Source of the DNA: an uncultured Dehalococcoidia bacterium
GTDB lineage: Bacteria; Chloroflexota; Dehalococcoidia; Lucifugimonadales; Australimonadaceae
DNA length: 64,000 nucleotides
Direction: 5' to 3'
NCBI GenBank assembly: GCA_958295525.1
Contig: OY282355.1
Coordinates: 1,487,504-1,551,503, forward strand
In this document: piece by piece, positions 35,560-43,333 of the stretch
How the letters are laid out: each line of letters starts with the position of its first letter
Numbering within the stretch: the stretch's first letter is position 1
Translations under genes and position numbers: made by a program
The notes under the pieces: model-generated
Database searches by the model: none
What the model saw: only the letters and a program-made list of their open reading frames with translations
What the model was told of the DNA's origin: nothing

Positions 35560-36234
35560 TCAGCCTGCTCTCCTGAACTCCCGCAGCGAGGGCGAGACGA
35601 CCAGCCGCGCGTCCGTCGCCGCCTGCACGTCGCTGGGGGCGTAGCCCGGCGCGATCTCCTCCAGGACGAACCCCTCCGGCGCGACGCGGAAGAGGCCAAG
35701 ATTCGTGACGACGAGCGTTACGACGCCGCGCGCCGTCACCGGCAGCGCGCAGCGCTCGACGAGCCGCGGCTTGCCCTCTTTCGTCGTGTGCTCCATCAGC
35801 AGAAAAACGTTCTTCGCGCCGACGGCCAAGTCCATTGCGCCGCCGATGCCCCCTCCCCGCGCTCCCGCCACCTTCCAATTGGCGAAATCGCCGTTCGCCG
35901 CCGCCTCGTAGGCGCCCAGCGCGGTCACGTCCACGTACCCGCCCCGTATCAGCGCGAACGAGTCCGCGTGATCCTGCACGGCCATCCCCGCCATCTCCAC
36001 CACGTACTGCCCGCCCGCGTTCACCAGATTCGGGTCTTCCTCGCCCTCGGCCGCCAGCGGGCCGTAATTCACCAGCCCGTTCTCCGACTGATAGATAACC
36101 CGCCGGTCGGGGTGGACGAAATTCGAACAGAGCGTCGGAATCCCGATGCCGAGGTTGACCACCCAGCCGTCCTGAAACTCCATAGCGGCGCGGTTGGCCA
36201 TCGTCTGCCTGTCGAGCGGGCGCTGCTCCGTCAT
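35560..36234 (-). CDS. 3-oxoacid CoA-transferase subunit B
   Basis: RAAMEFQDGWVVNLGIGIPTL....SENGL...GGAMDL is typical of the B subunit. ATGA overlap with subunit A. Confidence 0.9.
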   Translation of the reverse strand: MTEQRPLDRQTMANRAAMEFQDGWVVNLGIGIPTLCSNFVHPDRRVIYQSENGLVNYGPLAAEGEEDPNLVNAGGQYVVEMAGMAVQDHADSFALIRGGYVDVTALGAYEAAANGDFANWKVAGARGGGIGGAMDLAVGAKNVFLLMEHTTKEGKPRLVERCALPVTARGVVTLVVTNLGLFRVAPEGFVLEEIAPGYAPSDVQAATDARLVVSPSLREFRRAG

Positions 36235-36947
36235 CGGTTGGGCGGCTCCTCGCGTATCCCGTCCGGCGGAACGACGACAATGCGGTCGACGAACAGCCCG
36301 GGCGTATGCACGTGATCCGGGTCTATCGCCCCCTCCTCGACGACGGGCTCGTCCACCTCGACGATGGTGACGGTCGCGGCGCGGGCCATCACGGGGCCGA
36401 AGTTGCGCTGCGAGCGGTGGTACTGCAGATTGCCGAAGCGGTCGGCGCGGCGGGCGCGGATGAGGGCGTAGTCGGCGGGAAGGGCGGTCTCCATTACGTG
36501 CTCCCTGCCCCCGAAGACCCGCGTCTCCTTGCCTAGCGCCGTTTCCGTTCCTGCGCCAGCCGGGGTGTAGAAGGCGGGAATGCCTGCTCCGGCGGCGCGG
36601 ATGCGCTCCGCCAGCGTCCCTTGCGGCATCAGTTCCGCCTCAATTTCGCCCGCCTCGTAGAGTTCCGTGAACGGAGACGCCGCCGACGGATGCGGCGACG
36701 CCGTGAACGCCGCGCGCACCATCGCCACGCGCCCTTGCTCGATCAGCGCCCCGCCGTCTATGCGCCCGTCTCCCCATCGCCCCGGCGTATTGGCGATGAG
36801 CGTGAGGCGCGACGCGCCCTGCCGGAGGAGCGCCGCGATCAGATTCCGCGCCGTGCCGGGCCCCGCGAAGCCTGAGAGCATCACCGACGCTCCGTCCGGC
36901 ACGTCGGCCACCGCGTCGTCGAACGTGGGATAGACCTTGTTCCGCAT
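36231..36947 (-). CDS. 3-oxoacid CoA-transferase subunit A
   Basis: Start MRNKVYPTFDDAVADVPDGASVMLSGFAGPGTARNLIAALLRQGASRLTLIANTPG at 36947. The track ORF's N-terminal extension runs into the repeat array. Confidence 0.9.
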   Translation of the reverse strand: MRNKVYPTFDDAVADVPDGASVMLSGFAGPGTARNLIAALLRQGASRLTLIANTPGRWGDGRIDGGALIEQGRVAMVRAAFTASPHPSAASPFTELYEAGEIEAELMPQGTLAERIRAAGAGIPAFYTPAGAGTETALGKETRVFGGREHVMETALPADYALIRARRADRFGNLQYHRSQRNFGPVMARAATVTIVEVDEPVVEEGAIDPDHVHTPGLFVDRIVVVPPDGIREEPPNR

Positions 36948-37019
36948 AGCGGGAACATTATCCGAAAGCCCGCGTCTCCGCCACCACGCCGACGCTTGCG
37001 TAGCCCTGCAGATCTCCGC

Positions 37020-37585
37020 CGCCCTTCCCTCGCCCCCTGCCCCGTCATTCCCGCGTAGGCGGGAATCTCGCCCCCTGGCGGGAGCGCATCGCATCGCCCT
37101 TCCCGCCCCTTGCCGTCATTCCCGCGTAGGCGGGAATCCAGTCGGCGCGCAGCGCCCCCCTGCCCCGTCATTCCCGCGTAGGCGGGAACCTCGTCCCCTG
37201 ACGTGGCGCGTAGCGCAATCGCCCTGCCCGCCCACCTCATCGTCATTCCCGCGTAGGCGGGAATCTCGCTCCCCTGATGGGAGCGCATCGCATCGCCCTT
37301 CCCGCGCCCCCACCTTGTCGTCATTCCCGCGTAGGCGGGAATCCAGTCGGCGCGCAAGCGCCGGACGGGGCCGCAACGCGCCCCGTCTCCAAAGCGCCCC
37401 ACCCGCCACGTCATTCCTGCGAAAGCAGGAACCTACTGGTGCAATCGTCATTCCCGCGTAGGCGGGAACCTCGCCCCTGGCGGGAGCGCGTCGCATCGCC
37501 CTTCCCGCGTCCCCCTTGCCGTCATTCCCGCCCACCTCATCGCCCTGCCCGCCTACGCGGGAACCCAGGCGGCGCGCCGCCCCGA
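37020..37585. repeat. array of about 9 palindromic repeat cores, opposite orientation to the 18.4-19.1 kb array
   Basis: CGTCATTCCCGCGTAGGCGGGAA(T/C)C units at about 40-80 bp spacing, with GGACGGGGCCGCAACGCGCCCCGTCTCC and CAGTCGGCGCGCA(A)GCGCC modules. Lies between divergent genes. Confidence 0.85.
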
Positions 37586-37684
37586 TTCGCCCCAATGCGA
37601 CACTTGCCCCTTCCGCAATAAACGCCTCGTTCCCTAACCTCGCCTGCGACCTGGCGGAACAGCCGAAAACGAAGGAGGCGAACA

Positions 37685-39208
37685 ATGCTGACGAAAGTGA
37701 AGACGTGCGCGCTGACCGGACTGGACGGACAGATCATCGAAGTGGAGGTGGACGTCGCGCCCGGACTCCCACACTTCGTAGTCGTGGGCTTGCCCGACGC
37801 GGCGGTGCAAGAGTCGCGGGAGCGCGTGCGCGCGGCGGTGCGGAACTCCGGCTTCGAATTCCCAATGCGCCGCATCACCGTCAGCCTCGCTCCGGCGGAC
37901 TTGCGAAAGGAAGGGCCCTCCTACGACCTTCCCATCGCCGTGGGCATCCTGGCCAGCAGCGGGCAGGTCGACATTATGCTCGGCGAGACCGTGCTCATCG
38001 GCGAACTCTCCCTCGAAGGCCACTTGCGCCACACCGACGGCATCCTCCCGATGATCGGCCTCGCCCGCGACAGAGGCATGCGGACGGCCGTCGTCCCCTC
38101 GACGAACGCCGACGAAGCCGCGCTCGTGGAAGGCGTCGACGTGCTCGGCGCGCGCACCCTGCGGGAACTCGTGGAGCACATCCGCGGCGACGCCCCCATC
38201 CTCACCCACTCCCCCATCGTCGAATTGCAATCCATCGCCCCGGAGGAGCACACGGTGGATATGGCCGACATCCGCGGGCAAGACCAAGCGAAGCGCGCGA
38301 TCGAGATCGCCGCCGCCGGAGGCCACAACATCCTGATGACCGGACCGCCCGGCAGCGGCAAGACGCTCCTCGCCCGCGCGATGGCGTCCATTCTCCCGCC
38401 GCTCACCTCCGTCGAGGCGCTGGAGACGACGAAAGTCTACAGCGTCGCCGGAATGCTCCACGCCAACGCCCCGCTCGTCTCCACGCGCCCCTTCCGCTCG
38501 CCTCATCACACCATCTCGCACGCCGGACTCGTGGGCGGCGGCAGGATTCCCAAGCCCGGCGAGGTCTCCCTCAGCCACCGCGGCGTCCTCTTCCTCGACG
38601 AACTGCCCGAATTCGGCCACAGCGTCCTCGAGGTGCTGCGCCAGCCCATAGAGGACAAAATGGTGACCATCAGCCGCGCCAACGGATCCGTCACCTACCC
38701 CGCCAACTTTATGCTCGTCGGCGCGATGAACCCCTGCTTCTGCGGCAACCTCGGCGACCCCAAGAAGCCGTGCTCCTGCTCGCAGCAACTCCTAAGCCGC
38801 TACCAAAAGCGCATATCCGGCCCCCTCCTCGACCGGATGGACATCTTCATAGACGTGCCGCGCGTCGAATACGAGAAACTCACCGGCGACGCCACCGGCG
38901 AGCCCTCCGTCAGCATCCGCGAGCGCGTCTGCCTCGCCCGGCAGGCGCAGCAAGCCCGGTTCCGCGGTTCCTGCGCCCAAGCGAACACCGATATGGGGCC
39001 GTCCGACGTCTGGACGCACTGCCGCCTCGACAACGCGGCGGAGGAGTTCGCCCGCGCCGTGATGGAGCGGCTCCACTTCTCCGCTCGCGCCTTCCACCGC
39101 ACCCTCAAACTCGCCCGCACCATCGCCGACCTCGCGGGCGCCGACGTCATCGGAATGCCCCACCTCGCGGAGGCAGTCCAATACCGGCAGCGCGGCTCCC
39201 AGGAATAG
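37685..39208 (+). CDS. comM: YifB/ComM family Mg-chelatase-like ATPase
   Basis: 507 aa. GLDGQIIEVEVDV..GLP.F.VVGLPDAAV.ESRERVRAA, Walker A GPPGSGKT, LFLDELPEF. Confidence 0.9.
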   Translation: MLTKVKTCALTGLDGQIIEVEVDVAPGLPHFVVVGLPDAAVQESRERVRAAVRNSGFEFPMRRITVSLAPADLRKEGPSYDLPIAVGILASSGQVDIMLGETVLIGELSLEGHLRHTDGILPMIGLARDRGMRTAVVPSTNADEAALVEGVDVLGARTLRELVEHIRGDAPILTHSPIVELQSIAPEEHTVDMADIRGQDQAKRAIEIAAAGGHNILMTGPPGSGKTLLARAMASILPPLTSVEALETTKVYSVAGMLHANAPLVSTRPFRSPHHTISHAGLVGGGRIPKPGEVSLSHRGVLFLDELPEFGHSVLEVLRQPIEDKMVTISRANGSVTYPANFMLVGAMNPCFCGNLGDPKKPCSCSQQLLSRYQKRISGPLLDRMDIFIDVPRVEYEKLTGDATGEPSVSIRERVCLARQAQQARFRGSCAQANTDMGPSDVWTHCRLDNAAEEFARAVMERLHFSARAFHRTLKLARTIADLAGADVIGMPHLAEAVQYRQRGSQE

Positions 39209-39411
39209 CCGAATAACCGCCATCGCCTGCCCGCGGGATTCCGGCAGGCGCTTAGAGCTGAAGGCAGCCCCCTTTCCCTTGTATGGGAACGTCAGGAATG
39301 GGCGGCGGGCGATGGCGGAGCGTCAGCGTGCGGTCCATGCGAGGTCTATCGCATAGGCGGTGGCTGCTTGCCTACGCGGGATTGACGGCGAGGCGCGCGC
39401 GTGGCGTTCCG

Positions 39412-40014
39412 CTAGTGGGCGCCCCAGACGTCCCAGTGGGTGACCTCGGATGCGGGGCGGCGGGTGGTCGGGCCATAGCCGTGCCCCTCTTGCGGCCAGC
39501 CAAGAGGAATCATGGCGGCTGTAGCCCAGTCGTCCGGCAGCCCAATCGCCTCGCGGATCTGCGGCTCGAAGCCCCGCCGGACACGCGTCGTGAGGACGCT
39601 GCCGAGTCCCAGCGCGCGGGCGGCGAGCAACATATTCTGCACGGCGGGGTAGATGGACGCGCCGTGGTGGATGTCCGTGCCCGGGTGCCGCGTCACCGCG
39701 AGAATCCACACCGGAACGTCCATCGCGCGCTGAGCGAGGTGGTCCGCGGACTCCGCAGCGCGGCGTTCGGATGGGGTCGCGGGCTCTCCGTGGCTGGGGC
39801 GCGCCGTCGCGGGGTAATGCTCCGCGATGATCCGCTTCGTCGCCTCGTCTTTGATGACGACGAAGCCCCACTGCTGGGAGTTCCCTCCGTTCGGGGCGCG
39901 CACCCCGGCCTCAACGACCTTCCGAATCAAGTCGTCCGGCACCGGGTCGGGCTTCAGGTAACGCAGCGCCCGCTGAGAGTAGATCGCCTCGAACAGCCCA
40001 ATCTCTTCGCTCAT
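39412..40014 (-). CDS. nitroreductase family protein
   Basis: LFEAIYSQRALRYLKPDPVPDDLIRKVVEAGVRAPNGGNSQQWGFVVI is a typical nitroreductase N-terminus. Confidence 0.85.
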   Translation of the reverse strand: MSEEIGLFEAIYSQRALRYLKPDPVPDDLIRKVVEAGVRAPNGGNSQQWGFVVIKDEATKRIIAEHYPATARPSHGEPATPSERRAAESADHLAQRAMDVPVWILAVTRHPGTDIHHGASIYPAVQNMLLAARALGLGSVLTTRVRRGFEPQIREAIGLPDDWATAAMIPLGWPQEGHGYGPTTRRPASEVTHWDVWGAH

Positions 40015-40193
40015 CGCTCCTCCTTACGCAGCATTAGGAACGCAGCCGTTTGCGTGGAATCCGGCGCCGCGAGCGGCCAGTCCGCCTCTAATCGCTGCCC
40101 TGCCTGCCTTAGTCACGCAGCTGCGGTAGTTTTACGCAAGGTCTCCTTGGGGAATTATGGCCAGCAGGGATGCTCAGCCTGGTCTTAAGAGGC

Positions 40194-40220
40194 GAAGAGC
40201 CCGGACGCGCCGGGCTCTTC
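40194..40220 (-). terminator. GC-rich hairpin immediately 3' of the 5S rRNA gene
   Basis: GAAGAGCCCGG-ACGCG-CCGGGCTCTTC (11-bp stem), 2 nt beyond the 5S 3' end. No clear U-tract, so terminator function is uncertain. Confidence 0.4.
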
Positions 40221-40222
40221 GT

Positions 40223-40343
40223 ATGCCTGGCAGTGACCTATTTTCCCAGCAAGTCGCCCTGCCAGTATCGTCGGCGCTGGAACGTTTCACTTCCGTGTTC
40301 GGGATGGGAACGGGTGGGGCCGCTCCGCTCCAACCACCAGGCA
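40223..40343 (-). rRNA. rrf: 5S ribosomal RNA
   Basis: The minus-strand sequence TGCCTGGTGG...CCCACCCGTTCCCATCCCGAACACGGAAGTGAAACG...GCGCCGACGATACTGGCAGGG...CACTGCCAGGCAT aligns along its length with the E. coli 5S pattern (CCGAAC..GAAGTGAAAC, terminal helix TGCCTGG/CCAGGCA). About 121 nt. Confidence 0.88.
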
Positions 40344-40348
40344 GGTTG

Positions 40349-40377
40349 ATCATAGCGCCGCGCCGCCCGCGCGTCAA
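40349..40377 (-). promoter_or_regulatory. sigma70-like promoter for the 5S rRNA gene (TTGACG-17 nt-TATGAT)
   Basis: On the minus strand, TTGACG (40377-40372), a 17-nt spacer and TATGAT (40354-40349). The -10 box ends 5 nt before the first 5S nucleotide. Confidence 0.55.
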
Positions 40378-40425
40378 TACCTGCGCTCGTTCAATGCATA
40401 CCTGCCGCCGCGCGGAAACGGCGGG

Positions 40426-41781
40426 CTAACGCTCTAGCGGCGGAACGCGCCGCAGTCTCAGCAACGCCCGCCTGCCGCAGTTGAGGAACGGGTAGGCGAG
40501 CCATGCGGCGCTGGGCGAACTGAAGAGGAGCCGGTTCGCCGCGCCGAAGACGCCGCGCCGCGATGAGAGGAGCGCCAGCGTGTTGAGCGCGTCGCTCCCG
40601 AAGCGCCAGCGTCCGCCTATTTTCAGCGCCATGCCGTCGTCGAGGTCGTAGTGGAGCGCGCGAACCTCCTCGACGAGCGGGCCGCCGCCGCGCGCATTGA
40701 CGAGGGTCAGTTCGCCGACGGACTCGCGCAGATTGAGGAGCCGGGCGTAGTTGCGGCAAAAGTAGCACTCGCCGTCGTAGACGAGCCACGCCTTGCCGTC
40801 GCCGCGCTTCGAGCGTTTGTAGGCTCCGGCGATTCGGAAGGGGACGCCGAAGACGGGCAGCGACTTGATTAGCCCCGTCAGTGAGAATCTGCCTTGCGCG
40901 AACGGCGAGAACACGAGGAATATCCCCAGGTAGACAAGGTTGTGAAAGAAGACGTTGAGCAGGTAGTCGGTTCCGAAGTGGAAGGCGATCAGCGCGGCGC
41001 CGAGCGGACGGTGCAGATGCGGCCTGAAAAGCGCGAGGAGCGCGAACACCTGCGCGTAGACTGCGCCGAGGAAGAGAAACTGCGCCAAGAGCGGCTGCGA
41101 CGCGAAAAACGGCAGCAGCCACGGTATCTCGTTAGTCTCTTCGAGCGCGCGCGCCACCATAATCCGAACGAATCCGTCGGGAGCGAGCAATTCGAAACGG
41201 CTGCCGTAGATTTTATACAAGCCCGACAGCGTGTAAGGGAGGAGAACGAGGCTCTGAGCGAACCAGAAGACCATTATGGCCGCCATCGCGTCCTTGCGTC
41301 TCATCCGCTCATGGGAAGCGATCGCGGAGGGCAGGAACAGCAGCGCGAAACTAACGTAGAGCGCGACGTGGCCGTGGTGGTTGATCGAGCCGTAAGAGTT
41401 CGCCAGCGCCACCGCGAACAGCAGATACAAGAACACGCCCAGACGGAAGACAAACTTGCCCGGGAAGAGAACCGCCAGTAAACCGGCCGCCGCCCCAACG
41501 ACCGCCAGCGGCATTTCGTAGGCGAGCCGCTCCGCTCCCGTCGCGCTGACGACGAGGCTGACAGGCCAGAGCGCATCGGTGGGCGGCCCGTCGTAGGCGT
41601 ACTCGTAACTGAGGCGCGTCGCCATCCAGTACGCCGTGAACAGGTAGAAGAATCGGACGAGCCAGGAGACGCCAACCGCCGCCCGCGAAAAGTCGGCGGG
41701 CGTCCGCATCGTCCCGTAGTCCGCTTGCAGGAAGAGCCGGCGGATATGTCGCGCGGCGGATAAGACGCGCCGCGTCCTCAT
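40426..41781 (-). CDS. membrane protein fusing an HTTM-like polytopic domain to a C-terminal DCC1-like (DUF393) thiol-disulfide oxidoreductase domain
   Basis: C-terminal WLVYDGECYFCRNYARLLNLR...LTLVNA matches the DCC/DUF393 CxxC motif. The N-terminal 300 aa have about 8 TM spans with an HTTM-like look (tentative). Confidence 0.6.
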   Translation of the reverse strand: MRTRRVLSAARHIRRLFLQADYGTMRTPADFSRAAVGVSWLVRFFYLFTAYWMATRLSYEYAYDGPPTDALWPVSLVVSATGAERLAYEMPLAVVGAAAGLLAVLFPGKFVFRLGVFLYLLFAVALANSYGSINHHGHVALYVSFALLFLPSAIASHERMRRKDAMAAIMVFWFAQSLVLLPYTLSGLYKIYGSRFELLAPDGFVRIMVARALEETNEIPWLLPFFASQPLLAQFLFLGAVYAQVFALLALFRPHLHRPLGAALIAFHFGTDYLLNVFFHNLVYLGIFLVFSPFAQGRFSLTGLIKSLPVFGVPFRIAGAYKRSKRGDGKAWLVYDGECYFCRNYARLLNLRESVGELTLVNARGGGPLVEEVRALHYDLDDGMALKIGGRWRFGSDALNTLALLSSRRGVFGAANRLLFSSPSAAWLAYPFLNCGRRALLRLRRVPPLER

Positions 41782-42404
41782 TCGCTCATCGTCCAGCGGC
41801 CTATCTCGGCCTCGGGCCGGAAGAAGTCGGTTTCGTGGGCTTCGCCGTCGGCGAGCCGCTGCATCTCGCGCTGCGCCGCCCGCAAGTCAACGCGCGTCCT
41901 GACGATGCTGAACTCGGCGTTGCCTCCGCCGGCGAGACGTCTTACAACTGGAAAGAGCAACCGCTCCGCCGCCGCGTCGCAACCGGGCGGGCTCCCGCAA
42001 GCGTCGACCGTCAGTTCGAGAACCTTGCGGTCTCTAATGGAGTCGTTCGGAATCAGGAAGCGGACGCCGCTCACCGGCTCGCCGTCCAGCGTATGCAGGA
42101 TGACGGCGTGATCGGTCCGCTCCCACCCGGGCGTCGTTGAGAAGAGCGACCACTTGGAGAACGGGTATATCTCAGTCTGGCGGAAGTCCACCGCCCAGTG
42201 CAGCAGAATCATCAGCAGGTAGAACGCCAGGAAGAGGGGAATCAGGGCTTTCACGAACCGGTAGCGGCTGATGGAAACGCGCACTGCTGCCTCCCGGACG
42301 ACAAGGCGGAGCGCAATCTCCCCCCGCCTCCGCATCATAGCAGAGAAGGACGCGGCGCCGCCCAGTAGGGGCGGGGTTGCCCTCCCTGCGTCCTCATCAG
42401 ACAT
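41778..42404 (-). CDS. hypothetical membrane-anchored protein
   Basis: 208-aa ORF with one TM span (ALIPLFLAFYLLMILL). ATGA overlap with the downstream HTTM/DCC gene suggests an operon. Confidence 0.45.
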   Translation of the reverse strand: MSDEDAGRATPPLLGGAASFSAMMRRRGEIALRLVVREAAVRVSISRYRFVKALIPLFLAFYLLMILLHWAVDFRQTEIYPFSKWSLFSTTPGWERTDHAVILHTLDGEPVSGVRFLIPNDSIRDRKVLELTVDACGSPPGCDAAAERLLFPVVRRLAGGGNAEFSIVRTRVDLRAAQREMQRLADGEAHETDFFRPEAEIGRWTMSE

Positions 42405-42557
42405 CGCTAGCGCTCCGTTGACTCGGGGCGCGACGCGACGCCGCTACGGGCGGGTAGGAGAAGCATACCGTCAGGCGCGGGCGAATCGCGCCCCGGAATC
42501 GAGGCGCAACGCCGGGGGCTATACTAGGCGAATCCGACGGTTCCCGCTTGGGGAGGC

Positions 42558-42977
42558 ATGCGACTCAACACGGACTACCTCAACCGCAGTGTCCGAGCGT
42601 TGGAAAGCGCGTTCGCTCTGCTTCAGGAGCAAGAGACTGGGAGCGTCGCGTCCGACGTCTATCGGGCCGCGTGCGTCAAAGAGTTCGAGATCGTCGAGGA
42701 ACTGTGCGGCAGCCTTCTCAAGAAGCGGCTCGCGCCGTTTTTGGGGAGCAACCGCGAGGCCGACCGGCTCTCGTTCAAAGACGTTTTCCGGCACGCGGCC
42801 AAACACGTTCTGATCACGGCGGACGAGGCCGAGCGATGGATACGCTATCGTGACGCGCGGAACGACGCGGCGCACCGCTGCGGAGCGCGCTACGCGGACG
42901 ACGCCCTCGCCGTGATTCCTTCGTTCATAGGAGACGCCAAGTCGGTCGCGCGGGTCGCGGGCGAGGAGTTCGAGTGA
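42558..42977 (+). CDS. HEPN-domain nucleotidyltransferase substrate-binding protein (HI0074 family), putative toxin
   Basis: 139 aa. CVKEFEIVEELCGSLLKKRL and the R-x4-H motif RDARNDAAH are typical of the NTase_sub_bind/HEPN family. Confidence 0.8.
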   Translation: MRLNTDYLNRSVRALESAFALLQEQETGSVASDVYRAACVKEFEIVEELCGSLLKKRLAPFLGSNREADRLSFKDVFRHAAKHVLITADEAERWIRYRDARNDAAHRCGARYADDALAVIPSFIGDAKSVARVAGEEFE

Positions 42978-43324
42978 ATCTCCGGCTCGACGTCCAGCCC
43001 CGGCATCTGGAGCAACTGGAGCGGCTGCTGCGCGAGCGCCTGCCGGGGGTGGAGGCGTGGGCCTACGGCAGCCGCGTCAACGGCAAGGGGCATGAGGGGA
43101 GCGACCTCGACCTCGCGCTGCGCGGGCCCGGCCTGCGCCCGATTCCGTTCGATGCCCTCAGCGGCCTGCGGGAGGCGCTGAGCGATTCGACGATTCCGTT
43201 TCTCGTGGAGGCGCGGGATTGGGCGCGGATGCCGGAGCATTTCCACGACGAGATCGAGCGCAGCCACGTTGTCGTCGCGGCGGGCGGGGGCGCGCCCCCT
43301 TCAGGCGAGGGCGGGCGCGGTTAG
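42974..43324 (+). CDS. minimal nucleotidyltransferase (MNT), putative antitoxin
   Basis: AYGSRVNGKGHEGSDLDLAL is the G-S-x(n)-D-x-D polymerase-beta NTase motif. GTGA overlap with the HEPN gene. Confidence 0.8.
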   Translation: MNLRLDVQPRHLEQLERLLRERLPGVEAWAYGSRVNGKGHEGSDLDLALRGPGLRPIPFDALSGLREALSDSTIPFLVEARDWARMPEHFHDEIERSHVVVAAGGGAPPSGEGGRG

Positions 43325-43333
43325 GAGCGAGCG

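Noticed and set aside
27788-35560. Prophage or integrative element boundaries around the accessory stretch
   Set aside because: I found no integrase, recombinase, transposase, tRNA or long direct repeats at either edge. It is described only as a compositionally distinct island.
40157-40429. ORFs 40157..40429 plus and 40174..40377 minus
   Set aside because: They overlap the 5S rRNA gene and its promoter and hairpin. The RNA gene assignment explains the region.
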